Positions 45,568 through 54,378 of a stretch of DNA of 64,000 bases are shown here, in pieces. The stretch lies in NCBI GenBank assembly GCA_040882565.1, contig JBBEAZ010000024.1, positions 196,857 through 260,856 of the forward strand. Reading direction: 5' to 3'. Each line of letters starts with the position of its first letter. Positions within the stretch are counted from its first letter, which is position 1. The position numbers were made by a program, and so were the translations under genes. Under the pieces are notes generated by a model. That model was not told the DNA's origin, did no database searches, and saw only the letters and a program-made list of their open reading frames with translations. The DNA comes from Dehalococcoidia bacterium (GTDB taxonomy: Bacteria > Chloroflexota > Dehalococcoidia > SM23-28-2 > RBG-16-64-32).

Positions 45568-46773
45568 GTGACTAACACACGTAGCGACCGCGTCTACCTC
45601 GACCACGCCGCGACCACGCCGCTCGATCCGCGCGTGCTCGAGGCGATGACGCCGTATCTGACGAGCGCGTGGGGCAACCCCTCATCGCTTTACGCTGAGG
45701 CACAGGACGCCCGGCGCGGGCTCGACGCCGCCCGCAACACGATCGCCGGGATCCTCGGCTGCCGGGCGAACGATCTGATCATCACGTCGGGAGGCTCGGA
45801 GTCGGACAACCTGGCGCTGCGCGGAGCGGCGTGGGCGGCGCGGCGCGCCGGTCGCGGGGAGCACATCATCACGACGGCGATCGAGCACCACGCGGTGCTC
45901 CACGCGGCCGAGCGCCTCGAGCAAGAGGGCTTTCGTGTCACGTACCTCGGCGTCGACGGCGAAGGGTTCATCGATCTCGCCGAACTCGAGGCGTCCGTTA
46001 GCGACGACACCGCCCTGGTCAGCGTCATGCACGTCAATAACGAAGTCGGCACGATCGAGCCGATCGCGGAGGCGGTCCGCGTCGTCAAGGCGAAGGACCC
46101 GCGCATCGTTTTCCACACGGACGCGGTGCAGGCCGCCGGTCTCCTCGACTTGAACGTCGATGCGCTGGGCATTGACCTGCTGTCGATCGCCGCGCACAAG
46201 TTCTACGGCCCGAAGGGTGTCGGCGCGCTCTACGTGCGGCCGCGCACGCCGTTGCTGCCTCAGCAGGTCGGCGGCTCGCAGGAAAAGAACCGCCGCGCCG
46301 GCACCGAGAACGTCGCGGGCGTCGTTGGGATGGCGAAGGCGCTGCAACTCGCCTACGACGAGTTCGACTCGCGCAACGCCCACTACCGCGCGCTCCGCGA
46401 TCGCCTCCTCTTCGGCGTCCCGGAACGCGTTCCGCACGTTCGCGTTACCGGCGCGCAGGACACGGCGAGTCGTGCCACGAACAGCGCGTCGTTCTGCTTC
46501 GAGTACATCGAAGGCGAAGCGATCCTGATGGCGCTCGACCTCGCGGGCGTGGCAGCCTCAAGTGGCAGCGCGTGCACCTCGGGGTCGCTCGAGCCCTCTC
46601 ACGTGCTGACCGCGATGGGGATTCCCGAAGACCTCGCGCGTGGTAGCATGCGCCTGACGGTGGGCACCGACAACACGCTCGAGCAAATGGACTACGTTCT
46701 CGACACTTTGCCCGGCCTCGTCTCGCGCCTGCGCTCCCTTTCGCCCACCTGGCCTGAGAGGTCGAAAGCATGA
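45568..46773 (+). CDS. Cysteine desulfurase, NifS/IscS family
   Basis: VYLDHAATTPLDPRVLEAM.PYL....GNPSSLY, SIAAHKFYGPKGVGALY (PLP Lys), SSGSACTSGS (active Cys). GTG start 6 nt after a TACAAT box. Confidence 0.85.
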   Translation: MTNTRSDRVYLDHAATTPLDPRVLEAMTPYLTSAWGNPSSLYAEAQDARRGLDAARNTIAGILGCRANDLIITSGGSESDNLALRGAAWAARRAGRGEHIITTAIEHHAVLHAAERLEQEGFRVTYLGVDGEGFIDLAELEASVSDDTALVSVMHVNNEVGTIEPIAEAVRVVKAKDPRIVFHTDAVQAAGLLDLNVDALGIDLLSIAAHKFYGPKGVGALYVRPRTPLLPQQVGGSQEKNRRAGTENVAGVVGMAKALQLAYDEFDSRNAHYRALRDRLLFGVPERVPHVRVTGAQDTASRATNSASFCFEYIEGEAILMALDLAGVAASSGSACTSGSLEPSHVLTAMGIPEDLARGSMRLTVGTDNTLEQMDYVLDTLPGLVSRLRSLSPTWPERSKA

Positions 46774-47078
46774 CTGACGACAAGCCCGCAGGCAAGCCAA
46801 CAGGCAAGCGCGAAGACCACATCGGCGACGCGCTGGCGCACGCGATGGTGCCGCCGGGCGCTGCCGAGCCGGCCGGGCCTCTCACCACCGAAGGCTCGCC
46901 GCTTGCGCAGTCCGAGGTCGTCGAGGATTACGTCGCCGCAGAGCTGAGCGATCCGCGCGCTGTGTATGACGGCGAGGTGATCGGCCGGCTCGAGGACATC
47001 TTCCCGCTGGCCTGGCTGGCGATGCTCACTGTGGTCTGCGTCATCGGCATCTATAACGCCGTCCGCCTCTTGCCCTGA
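46770..47078 (+). CDS. Hypothetical protein with C-terminal TM helix
   Basis: 102 aa. ATGA overlap upstream and TGATG overlap downstream. C-terminus FPLAWLAMLTVVCVIGIYNAV. Confidence 0.4.
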   Translation: MTDDKPAGKPTGKREDHIGDALAHAMVPPGAAEPAGPLTTEGSPLAQSEVVEDYVAAELSDPRAVYDGEVIGRLEDIFPLAWLAMLTVVCVIGIYNAVRLLP

Positions 47079-47569
47079 TGCCCGACGAGCCGCGGCCGCC
47101 CTCGTGGACCGACGAAGGCCGCGCCGCGGGCTTCGATGACGCCTGGCACGAGGAGTGGTGGCGGCGCATGGAGGAGTCCGGCGGCAATGTCATCGCCTCG
47201 TACCGCATGCGCATGGTCGAAGTCTCCGACGACCACGTGGTCATGTCGGTTCCTTATCAGCCGGCCGCACGGCAGGGCACCGGCGTCTTCGCGGCGGGTG
47301 TCCTGATTCAGGTCGCGGATGTCGCCGCCACCAGCGCTTGCTTCGAGTGGATGCGGCGCAAGGAGCCGGACTTGGCCGAACTCCCGTTCCCGCTCTCGGT
47401 GCAGATCAGCGTCAGCCTGCTGCGCAACACGGACCACGGCAGCGTCATCACTGAGACCCGGCTGATCCACGGCGGCAGGCGGCTGATGGTCGCCGAGTCG
47501 CTGATCAAGGATGAGGATGGGCGGTTGCTGGCTACGATGACAAGCACGCACTTGGTGGCGCGCCAGTAG
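47078..47569 (+). CDS. PaaI family (hotdog-fold) thioesterase
   Basis: MRMVEVSDDHVVMSVPYQPAARQGTGVFAAGVLIQVADVAATSA...ITETRLIHGGRRLMVAESLIKDEDGRLLATMTSTHLV is the typical PaaI/YbdB pattern. Confidence 0.7.
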   Translation: MPDEPRPPSWTDEGRAAGFDDAWHEEWWRRMEESGGNVIASYRMRMVEVSDDHVVMSVPYQPAARQGTGVFAAGVLIQVADVAATSACFEWMRRKEPDLAELPFPLSVQISVSLLRNTDHGSVITETRLIHGGRRLMVAESLIKDEDGRLLATMTSTHLVARQ

Positions 47570-47627
47570 TCGCCAGATGAGGCGGCGGCAGGCGGCGTTC
47601 GTGATATAATTCGCAATCGGAAAAGCC

Positions 47628-48242
47628 ATGGCAGACCCCCTCATCACCGTCCACGACACCGCTAGCTCCTCCGTCGAAGAGTCGATCCGGCAGAACGTGC
47701 TGCTGGGCAGCGTCGAGAGCGTGGTCAACTGGGCGCGCAAGTCATCTCTTTGGCCGGCGGCCTTCGGACTCGCCTGCTGCGCGATCGAGATGATCGCGAC
47801 CGCCATGCCCCGCTACGACATCGCCCGCTTCGGCGCTGAGGTATTCCGCCCTTCGCCGCGGCAGGCCGACCTGATGATCGTCGCCGGCACCGTCACCTGG
47901 AAGATGTCGCCGCCTGTCCGCCGCATCTACCTGCAGATGGCCGAGCCCCGCTACGTTATCTCTATGGGCAGTTGCGCCACTATCGGCGGGCCATTCGCCT
48001 ACGGCTACAGCACCCTGCCAGGCGTGAACCTGATCATCCCCGTCGACGTGTACGTCCCCGGTTGCCCGCCGCGCCCCGAGTCGCTGCTCCAGGGGCTGAT
48101 GCTGCTGCAGGACAAGATCTCCGGCGAGCGCGCCATCGGCCGCCGCCAGGTCACAGAGCCGGTCGGGGACTTCTCGCGCTACCTCCCGGACAGTGACCCG
48201 GTGCGACTCGAACTCGAGTCGCTCTTTCCCCCGAACATCTAG
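47628..48242 (+). CDS. nuoB: NADH-quinone oxidoreductase subunit B (NuoB/20-kDa), isolated copy
   Basis: [37 protein letters not shown] and VPGCPPRPE are the N2 cluster Cys motifs. No other nuo genes adjacent. Confidence 0.85.
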   Translation: MADPLITVHDTASSSVEESIRQNVLLGSVESVVNWARKSSLWPAAFGLACCAIEMIATAMPRYDIARFGAEVFRPSPRQADLMIVAGTVTWKMSPPVRRIYLQMAEPRYVISMGSCATIGGPFAYGYSTLPGVNLIIPVDVYVPGCPPRPESLLQGLMLLQDKISGERAIGRRQVTEPVGDFSRYLPDSDPVRLELESLFPPNI

Positions 48243-48293
48243 GGGCGCGTCGGCGTTCGTGTCGAGGGGATGCACCTCGGTTAACCTATCGGC

Positions 48294-48620
48294 ATGACCT
48301 TCGAGTCCCGCCTGGCGTTCATCGTCTTCTTCTTCCTGTGCTGGACTGTGATCGCACTGTTCCCGTGGGCAGTCAGCGCCGTCGTGGTGCGCGGCCGTGG
48401 AGCGATTCTGGCGCTACCGCTGGCGATCGTCGCGGCGTGGGCGGCCGGTGTCCTTGTGCCGGTGCTCGGCATGCGCGACGCCGCCGGGTTCTTCCTCAGC
48501 CTCGGAACCGCCTTGGTTGCGGCCATCGCCGGCTCGGTAGCGGGCCTCGTCTTCGCGAGACGCATGGGAGTGGACGGCCCTCGACCCGGCCCGCCGACCC
48601 GCGCTAGACTCGACTCGTGA
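48294..48620 (+). CDS. Hypothetical membrane protein (3 TM)
   Basis: 108 aa, hydrophobic throughout (LAFIVFFFLCWTVIALFPWAV; ILALPLAIVAAWAAGVLVPVLG; FFLSLGTALVAAIAGSVAGLVF). Confidence 0.4.
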   Translation: MTFESRLAFIVFFFLCWTVIALFPWAVSAVVVRGRGAILALPLAIVAAWAAGVLVPVLGMRDAAGFFLSLGTALVAAIAGSVAGLVFARRMGVDGPRPGPPTRARLDS

Positions 48621-49576
48621 CCGAACCGACAGCGCCCATATGCTCGCTCTCGACTATGTGGTCGCAGAGCCGCTTTCGCGCCGAGGGCGACGACCACGAC
48701 GACATGGCCTCGTTCGCCGAGAAGACGGCGAGTCTCGGCTTCAGCCACATCGAGATCAACTACGTGATCCCGCAGTCCGGAGTGGACGCGCTGATCGGCA
48801 ACGACCACGTCGCCGTCTCCTCGGTGCACTCGCCGTGTCCGAGGGTGAAGGCGCCCGACGGCCGTAACTCCGAGAACCTGAACCTTGCCGATATCGACGA
48901 GGACGCCCGGAGGCTCGCGGTGCAGTACGCACGGGACAGCGTCGACACAGCTGTGCGCGCCGGGTGCTCGCTGCTGGTCGTCCACCTGGGTGGCGTCGAG
49001 AACGCGATGTTCGAGGAGGAGCGCCGGCTCCGCAAGCTCTACGACACGCCCGGCGGCCGGGACGGCGAAGAGGTCGAGGCGCTCCGCCGCGCCGCGATCG
49101 AGCGCCGCCGCGCGGGCGCGCCGGCCTACTTCGCGCAGGCCAAGCGGTCGCTCGCCGAAATCGCCGAGCACGCCGCCGCGAATGGCGTGGCGATCGGCCT
49201 TGAGAACCGCTACCACTTCAGCGAATTCCCCGACCCCGACGAGACCGCCGAACTGATCGCCGACTACCCGCCGCACGTCGTCGGTTTCTGGCTCGACGTC
49301 GGCCACGCCGAGGTGCTCGAACGCCTCGGCTTCATCGATCACACTCGCTGGCTAGACGAGCTCGGCGATCGCTGCATTGGCACGCACGTGCACGACACGG
49401 ACGGCCTCGCCGACCACCGCGCGCCCGGCCACGGCACCACCGACTGGCCGCACTATGCGGCGAAGCTACCGCCGCACATCCCGCGCATCTTCGAGATCAA
49501 CCAGCACATCCCCGAGGACCACGTCGCGGCGTCGATCCCGTTCCTGCGCACGGTCGGCGTCCTGCCCGCGAGCTGA
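48617..49576 (+). CDS. Sugar phosphate isomerase/epimerase (xylose isomerase-like TIM barrel)
   Basis: FSHIEINY, LLVVHLG, GLENRYH, WLDVGHAEV and HVHDTDG..DHRAPGHGTTDW follow the metal-ligand spacing of the AP_endonuc_2/TIM family. Confidence 0.7.
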   Translation: MTEPTAPICSLSTMWSQSRFRAEGDDHDDMASFAEKTASLGFSHIEINYVIPQSGVDALIGNDHVAVSSVHSPCPRVKAPDGRNSENLNLADIDEDARRLAVQYARDSVDTAVRAGCSLLVVHLGGVENAMFEEERRLRKLYDTPGGRDGEEVEALRRAAIERRRAGAPAYFAQAKRSLAEIAEHAAANGVAIGLENRYHFSEFPDPDETAELIADYPPHVVGFWLDVGHAEVLERLGFIDHTRWLDELGDRCIGTHVHDTDGLADHRAPGHGTTDWPHYAAKLPPHIPRIFEINQHIPEDHVAASIPFLRTVGVLPAS

Positions 49577-49611
49577 GCGGCATACGAAAAATCGGACGAC
49601 ACCAAAAAACG

Positions 49612-49640
49612 TTGACATCCCAACGCGCCCCTGCTACCAT
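49612..49640 (+). promoter_or_regulatory. Sigma70-type promoter candidate
   Basis: Consensus TTGACA (49612-49617), 17-nt spacer, TACCAT (49635-49640), in a lower-GC intergenic region. Confidence 0.55.
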
Positions 49641-49646
49641 CCGGAA

Positions 49647-49818
49647 ACCATGAATATCCGGTACGTATCCGCGGACACGCAGCACGGCGCCGCCTTTGGC
49701 GTAGCCTGTATGCTCACTATTCGCGAACGGGCCGAGGTATTCCAGACTTAGCACTACCGCCACCGGAACACCAAAAGCCCGTCGCAGAAGCGGCGGGCTT
49801 CTCGTTTTGGTGGCGTAG
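49647..49818 (+). ncRNA. Candidate ~170-nt small RNA or terminator-controlled 5' leader of the GNAT gene (class unknown)
   Basis: Bounded by the promoter above and a strong intrinsic terminator (49787-49818). No convincing ORF, only a 33-codon ORF without SD. Internal palindromes tccgcgga and ttcgcgaa, and hairpin ggcgccgcc-ttt-ggcg. Confidence 0.4.
49787..49818 (+). terminator. Rho-independent terminator
   Basis: gcccgtcgc-agaa-gcggcgggc (9-bp stem with one G-U pair) followed by ttctcgtttt. An A-tract (aaaa) precedes it, so it could act bidirectionally. Confidence 0.7.
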
Positions 49819-49845
49819 CCGGCAAGGGCAAGGAGGGACGACAAG

Positions 49846-50412
49846 ATGATAGAAGGAAAGCTGGTTCGCTTAAGAGCGCTGGAGCTCGCTGATGCGGAGC
49901 GCGCCTACCGCTGGATCAACGACCGCGAAGTCACACGCTACCTCATGGCGCGCTACCCGCTGTCGATGGAGAACGAGAAGGAGTGGGCGGAGGCCGCCTC
50001 CAAGCGGACCGGGTTCTCCGACCTGGGCCTGGCCATTGAGACGAAGGACGGCGTGCACATCGGCACCTGCGGTTTGCACCGCGGCCGGAACGAGGACCGC
50101 CACGCCGAGCTGGGCATCATGATCGGCGAGAAGGAGTACTGGAACCGCGGATTCGGCACTGACGCCATTCTGACGCTCGTGCGCTTTGCCTTCGAGCAGA
50201 TGAACCTGAACAAAGTGACGCTTGGCGTGATGGGGTTCAACGACCGCGCGCAGGCTGTCTACGCCAGGGTCGGTTTCATCGAGGAAGGCCGCTCCCGCGA
50301 GGACTACTACCAGGACGGCCGCTACTGGGACGTCATCCGCATGTCGATCCTCCGCCGCGAATTCGAGGCGCTGCACGGCGTCACCGCCGCGGCCGAGACC
50401 TCGGCCACCTGA
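49846..50412 (+). CDS. GNAT family N-acetyltransferase (RimJ/RimL-like)
   Basis: LRALELADAERAYRWINDREVTRYL...YWNRGFGTDAILTLVRFAFEQMNLNKVTLGVMGFNDRAQAVYARVGF. SD aaggaggg. Confidence 0.8.
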   Translation: MIEGKLVRLRALELADAERAYRWINDREVTRYLMARYPLSMENEKEWAEAASKRTGFSDLGLAIETKDGVHIGTCGLHRGRNEDRHAELGIMIGEKEYWNRGFGTDAILTLVRFAFEQMNLNKVTLGVMGFNDRAQAVYARVGFIEEGRSREDYYQDGRYWDVIRMSILRREFEALHGVTAAAETSAT

Positions 50413-50416
50413 TCCG

Positions 50417-51103
50417 TCATCTCCCGGCGGGCGGGCGCTCCCCCTCCCTGCGCCCGCCCGCCATTAACTTTCTGCGCACCAGCATCACACCGTCGCGCAC
50501 CGTCAGCATCACGTGCACGACGCGTTCGTCACGCGTCACGTGCTCGTTGAACGCGACGATCGCGCGCGAGTCTTCGTCCTTCGGGTCGAGTACGTTGCCG
50601 CTCCAGAGGACGTTGTCGATAGCGATCACACCGCGTTCGGAGAGCATGGGCAGCGCCGCCTCGTAGTAGTCGATGTAGCCGGTCTTGTTGGCGTCGATGA
50701 ACACCAGGTCGAACGGGCCCGCCAGCGTCCGCAACGAATCCAACGCCGGTCCCTCAATCAGCCGCACCTTGTGCCCGTGCTCCGAGCGCTCGAAGAAGCT
50801 GCGCGCGAACGCCGCGTGGTCCGGGTCCAGCTCCAGCGTCACGACCTCGCCGTCGTCCGGCAGGCCCGCCGCCATCATCAGTGCGCTGAAGCCGGTGAAC
50901 GTCCCGACCTCCAGCGCGCGCTTTGCTCCCATCGACGCGGCGACCGTCTGCAACAACAACCCCTCGGTCTGCCCCGACAGCATCCTCGCTCGCTCGCCGA
51001 ACCGCTCCTGCGTCGCCCGTGCCAGCTCTGCCATGAGCGGCGCCATCGGCGTCGAGTGCGCCTGCGCGTACTCCTCGATCTGCTCGGGAACCAATGTCAG
51101 CAT
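50417..51103 (-). CDS. Class I SAM-dependent O-methyltransferase (caffeoyl-CoA OMT/YrrM-like)
   Basis: RALEVGTFTGFSALMMA (motif I), VVTLELDPD, FDLVFIDANKTGYIDYYE, GVIAIDNVLWSG. Confidence 0.8.
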   Translation of the reverse strand: MLTLVPEQIEEYAQAHSTPMAPLMAELARATQERFGERARMLSGQTEGLLLQTVAASMGAKRALEVGTFTGFSALMMAAGLPDDGEVVTLELDPDHAAFARSFFERSEHGHKVRLIEGPALDSLRTLAGPFDLVFIDANKTGYIDYYEAALPMLSERGVIAIDNVLWSGNVLDPKDEDSRAIVAFNEHVTRDERVVHVMLTVRDGVMLVRRKLMAGGRREGERPPAGR

Positions 51104-51115
51104 TGTGCGCTCCTT

Positions 51116-52789
51116 CTAGCCCGCCAGTTCCTGCTCCAACTGCGCCAGGCCCATTGGGCCGATGCTCAAGGCCTTCGTGTGGAAGGCCTTCAGGTCGAAG
51201 GCTGCTCCCGCCGCCTTGCGAGCGCCCTCGCGGGCGTTGAGCCAGTAACGCTCGCCGACTTTGTACGAGATTGCCTGGCCGGGCCAGCCGAGGTACCGGA
51301 CGATCTCGCTCGCCATGAAGGAACGCGGACGCAGGGCGCGCTCGACCGCGAAGTCGAGCGCCAGGTCGTGGTTCCAGGTCTCGCCGGGGTGAAAGCTCTC
51401 GCCCCGCGGGATCTTCAGCTCGAGGTGCATGCCGATGTCGATGATCACCCGCACGGAGCGCAGCGCCTGCGCGCTCAGCAGCCCCAGGTAGCTGTCCGGG
51501 TTCTCCATGTAGCCCAGCTCCGACATCAACCGCTCCGCGTAGAGCGCCCAGCCTTCGCCGTGGCCGCTGATGAACGTCAGCACCCGCTGGTACCGCGATA
51601 GCGTCTCCGGGTAGAGGCGCACCGTCGCCACCTGCAGGTGGTGTCCCGGCACGCCTTCGTGGTAGACCGTCGAGACGTCCGCCCACTTCGCGAAGCGCGT
51701 GTTGTCGCCCGTCGGCCACCACGTCCGGCCTGGTCGCCTGAAGTCCTCCGACGGTCCGGTGTAGTACGCCGCCAGCGCGCCGCCGGGCGGCGGGATCATC
51801 ACCTCGATCACGCGGATCGCATCGGGGATCTCGAAGTGCTTGCCGTGCAGTTCGGCCAGCGCCTCGTCGTGCAACTCCTGGAGCCAGCTCTTGTAGTTGT
51901 CGACGCCTTCAACCGCACGCGCCGGGTCCGTCTCCAGTGTCTCCACCGCCTCGGTGATCGACGCGCCCGGCGCGATCCGCTCAGCCGTCTTGCGCATCTC
52001 CTCTTCGATGCGATGTAGTTCGTCCCAGCCCCACTGGTACGTCTCCTCGGGATCGATCACGGCTCCGAGGAAGTTCCGCGACATCAGCTGATAGCGTTCG
52101 CGCCCCGCCGCCTCTCGTTCGCTCGTCCTGGGCACGTAATCATCGACCAGGTAGCGGTGCATCTCGGCGTAGCCCTCGCGTGCGGCCTTGACGCCGGTGT
52201 CGATGTCCGCGGCCAGACCGTTCGCAGCCACGCCGGACTTCGTGAAGCGCTCCTGGAGCTGGTCGAAGAACGAAGGCTTGTCACTCAGGCCCGCCCAGAC
52301 GCGGGCCTGCTCCGCACCCTCGGTTGCCTGCCGCTTCGAGGCGTGCAGGCCGCGCTCGAGCCCTTCGGAGAGCGATTGCCGGTAACCGGCCAGCGTGTCC
52401 GGCACGAGCTTCAGCCGCGAGGCGATGTTCGACCAGTGCTCCGCCGTTTCCTGCGGCATGTAGTCGAAGACCTGGCGCACGTTTTGCAGCGGGCTCGCGA
52501 TGTTCCGCAGCGCCCGCATGTATTCGCCGGCCGAGAAGATATCCAGCGACACACCGATGCGCTCCTCCATCACCGCCCGCGCGATGCGGTCGGCATCGCC
52601 CTCCACCGGCGCGGCTGTCAGCGCCTGCAGCGTCGTGCGGTTCAGGTCCGCCACCTTCGCCGGCCCTTCCAGCGAAAGGTCGGGCATCTCGTGATCGTGG
52701 CCGGGGATCCCCAGCGCCGTCGCCAGCGATGGCTCCAGGGCGGCGATGTCGTCTACGTATTTGTCGGCAATTTCGAACACACGGGACAT
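51116..52789 (-). CDS. DUF885 family protein
   Basis: 557 aa. The signature YHEGVPGHHLQ and the overall pattern (LEPSLATALGIPGHD..., WALYAERLM.ELGY) are as in DUF885 proteins. Confidence 0.75.
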   Translation of the reverse strand: MSRVFEIADKYVDDIAALEPSLATALGIPGHDHEMPDLSLEGPAKVADLNRTTLQALTAAPVEGDADRIARAVMEERIGVSLDIFSAGEYMRALRNIASPLQNVRQVFDYMPQETAEHWSNIASRLKLVPDTLAGYRQSLSEGLERGLHASKRQATEGAEQARVWAGLSDKPSFFDQLQERFTKSGVAANGLAADIDTGVKAAREGYAEMHRYLVDDYVPRTSEREAAGRERYQLMSRNFLGAVIDPEETYQWGWDELHRIEEEMRKTAERIAPGASITEAVETLETDPARAVEGVDNYKSWLQELHDEALAELHGKHFEIPDAIRVIEVMIPPPGGALAAYYTGPSEDFRRPGRTWWPTGDNTRFAKWADVSTVYHEGVPGHHLQVATVRLYPETLSRYQRVLTFISGHGEGWALYAERLMSELGYMENPDSYLGLLSAQALRSVRVIIDIGMHLELKIPRGESFHPGETWNHDLALDFAVERALRPRSFMASEIVRYLGWPGQAISYKVGERYWLNAREGARKAAGAAFDLKAFHTKALSIGPMGLAQLEQELAG

Positions 52790-52977
52790 GCGGGCTCCTT
52801 CCCCTCGAGGACTCGCCCATCAGGATGCCGCACCGGAGGGCTCCACGACAACCGCCCAGAGAACGAACCTCGCATGTGAGGGGTCATCAAGCGCCAACCA
52901 GTAGCGCGGCCATCGCTCACCAAATCATCACCCAACTTGACCCTCGGCCTCGCACGGGTCGCGTCTAATCTAGTGAG

Positions 52978-54357
52978 ATGCCCCGCCTTCAACCCATCGC
53001 CTCGAGTTTCGCCGCCTTCGCCCTGCTCGCCGCCGCGTTCTTCGCGATCGGTGGCTCCCAGGACGCGAGCGCGTCCGGCATCTGGGGCGACGCCACCGGC
53101 GATGACCAGGTCACGACTATCGACGCCGTCAATGTGCTGTACCTGGCCAGCGGCGCCGATCTGCCCGGCATCGGCCCGTATCCGGACGCGGATTGCTCGG
53201 GTGAGCCGGGCGCAGGCGACGTCATCCTCATCCTCAACTTCGTGGCTGGTCTCCCATTTGAGCCGATCCCCGGCTGCGCGCCGGTCGGCTCGTGGGTCGA
53301 GGTCACGCCGACGCCCTCCGGCGCCTCGCCGCCACCGGCGCCCACCTCCACCGGCACGCAGGCCTCGACCCCCACGCCGACGCCGTCATCGGGCACCGGC
53401 CCGACGCCGACGCCCACCGCTACTCCCAGCCCGAACACCGCGACGCCGACGCCTGCGCCGAACCAGACGCCCGTGACCTCCGGCGAGCCGGACTGCGCCA
53501 TCTTCCCCGAAGACAACTGGTGGAACACCGACATCTCGCAGTCCCCCGTTCACGCGAACTCGGCGGCGTTCATCACATCAATCGGCGCGAATACTGACCT
53601 TCATCCCGATTTCGGCACCGTTTGGGAGGGCAAGCCGATCGGGATCCCCTACGTCATCGTTGGCGCGGGTCAGCCCAAGGTACCGGTGACGTTCTACTAC
53701 GACGATTCCGACCCCGGACCCTATCCGATCCCGCCGAACGCGCCTGTCGAAGGTCAGCCCGTCGGCCAGTCGAACAGCGCCAACTTCGGCGGCGACCGTC
53801 ACGTCATCGTCGTCGACGAGTCCGACTGCACCCTGTACGAGACGTTCGACTCGCACCCGGTCAATGGCGGCCAGTCCTGGGACACAGGCTCCGCCGCGAT
53901 CTTCGACCTCAGTTCAAACGCGCTGCGGCCCGACACCTGGACCTCAGCCGACGCCGCCGGGCTGCCGATCTTCGCCGGGCTGGTCCGCTACTCGGAGGTC
54001 GTCGAGGAAGGCGTGATCAACCACGCCCTGCGCTTCACCGTCAGCGACACACGCCAGGCCTTCATCCACCCTGCTACGCACTACGCCTCCGAACTGACCA
54101 GCCCCAACCTACCGGCCATGGGCCAGCGCTTCCGCATGAAGGCGAACTACGACTGTTCGTGGGCATCGAGCGAAGTGCAGGCGATCTGCACGGCCCTCAA
54201 GAAATACGGGATGTTCGTGGCCGACAACGGCTCCGACTGGTACATCAGCGGCGCGCCCGACCCGCGCTGGGACGACGATCGCATCGGCGACCTGAAGGAC
54301 ATTCCGGGTTCAGCCTTCGAAGCTGTCGAGACCGGCGAACCCGTCATCACCGGCTAG
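52978..54357 (+). CDS. Secreted protein with N-terminal dockerin-like module, PT linker and a conserved C-terminal domain of unknown function
   Basis: Signal peptide MPRLQPIASSFAAFALLAAAFFAIGGSQDASA. Module 53083-53304: WGDATGDDQVTTIDAVNVLYLASG...DADCSGEPGAGDVILILNFVAGLPFEPIPGCAPVGSWVEV. Linker. Then CAIFPEDNWWNTDIS...HPDFG...GDRHVIVVDESDCTLYE...TSADAAGLPIFAGLVRY.EV..G.INHALRFT...YGMFVADNGSDWYISG. Confidence 0.7.
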   Translation: MPRLQPIASSFAAFALLAAAFFAIGGSQDASASGIWGDATGDDQVTTIDAVNVLYLASGADLPGIGPYPDADCSGEPGAGDVILILNFVAGLPFEPIPGCAPVGSWVEVTPTPSGASPPPAPTSTGTQASTPTPTPSSGTGPTPTPTATPSPNTATPTPAPNQTPVTSGEPDCAIFPEDNWWNTDISQSPVHANSAAFITSIGANTDLHPDFGTVWEGKPIGIPYVIVGAGQPKVPVTFYYDDSDPGPYPIPPNAPVEGQPVGQSNSANFGGDRHVIVVDESDCTLYETFDSHPVNGGQSWDTGSAAIFDLSSNALRPDTWTSADAAGLPIFAGLVRYSEVVEEGVINHALRFTVSDTRQAFIHPATHYASELTSPNLPAMGQRFRMKANYDCSWASSEVQAICTALKKYGMFVADNGSDWYISGAPDPRWDDDRIGDLKDIPGSAFEAVETGEPVITG

Positions 54358-54378
54358 CCGCCACGTCCCGGTCTCCCG

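Noticed and set aside
49647-49818. Assigning the candidate RNA to 6S RNA, or reading it as a 33-aa peptide gene (49651-49752).
   Set aside because: The length fits 6S, but I could find only about 6 bp of pairing between the 5' and 3' ends and no central-bubble architecture. The small ORF has no SD and no recognisable features.
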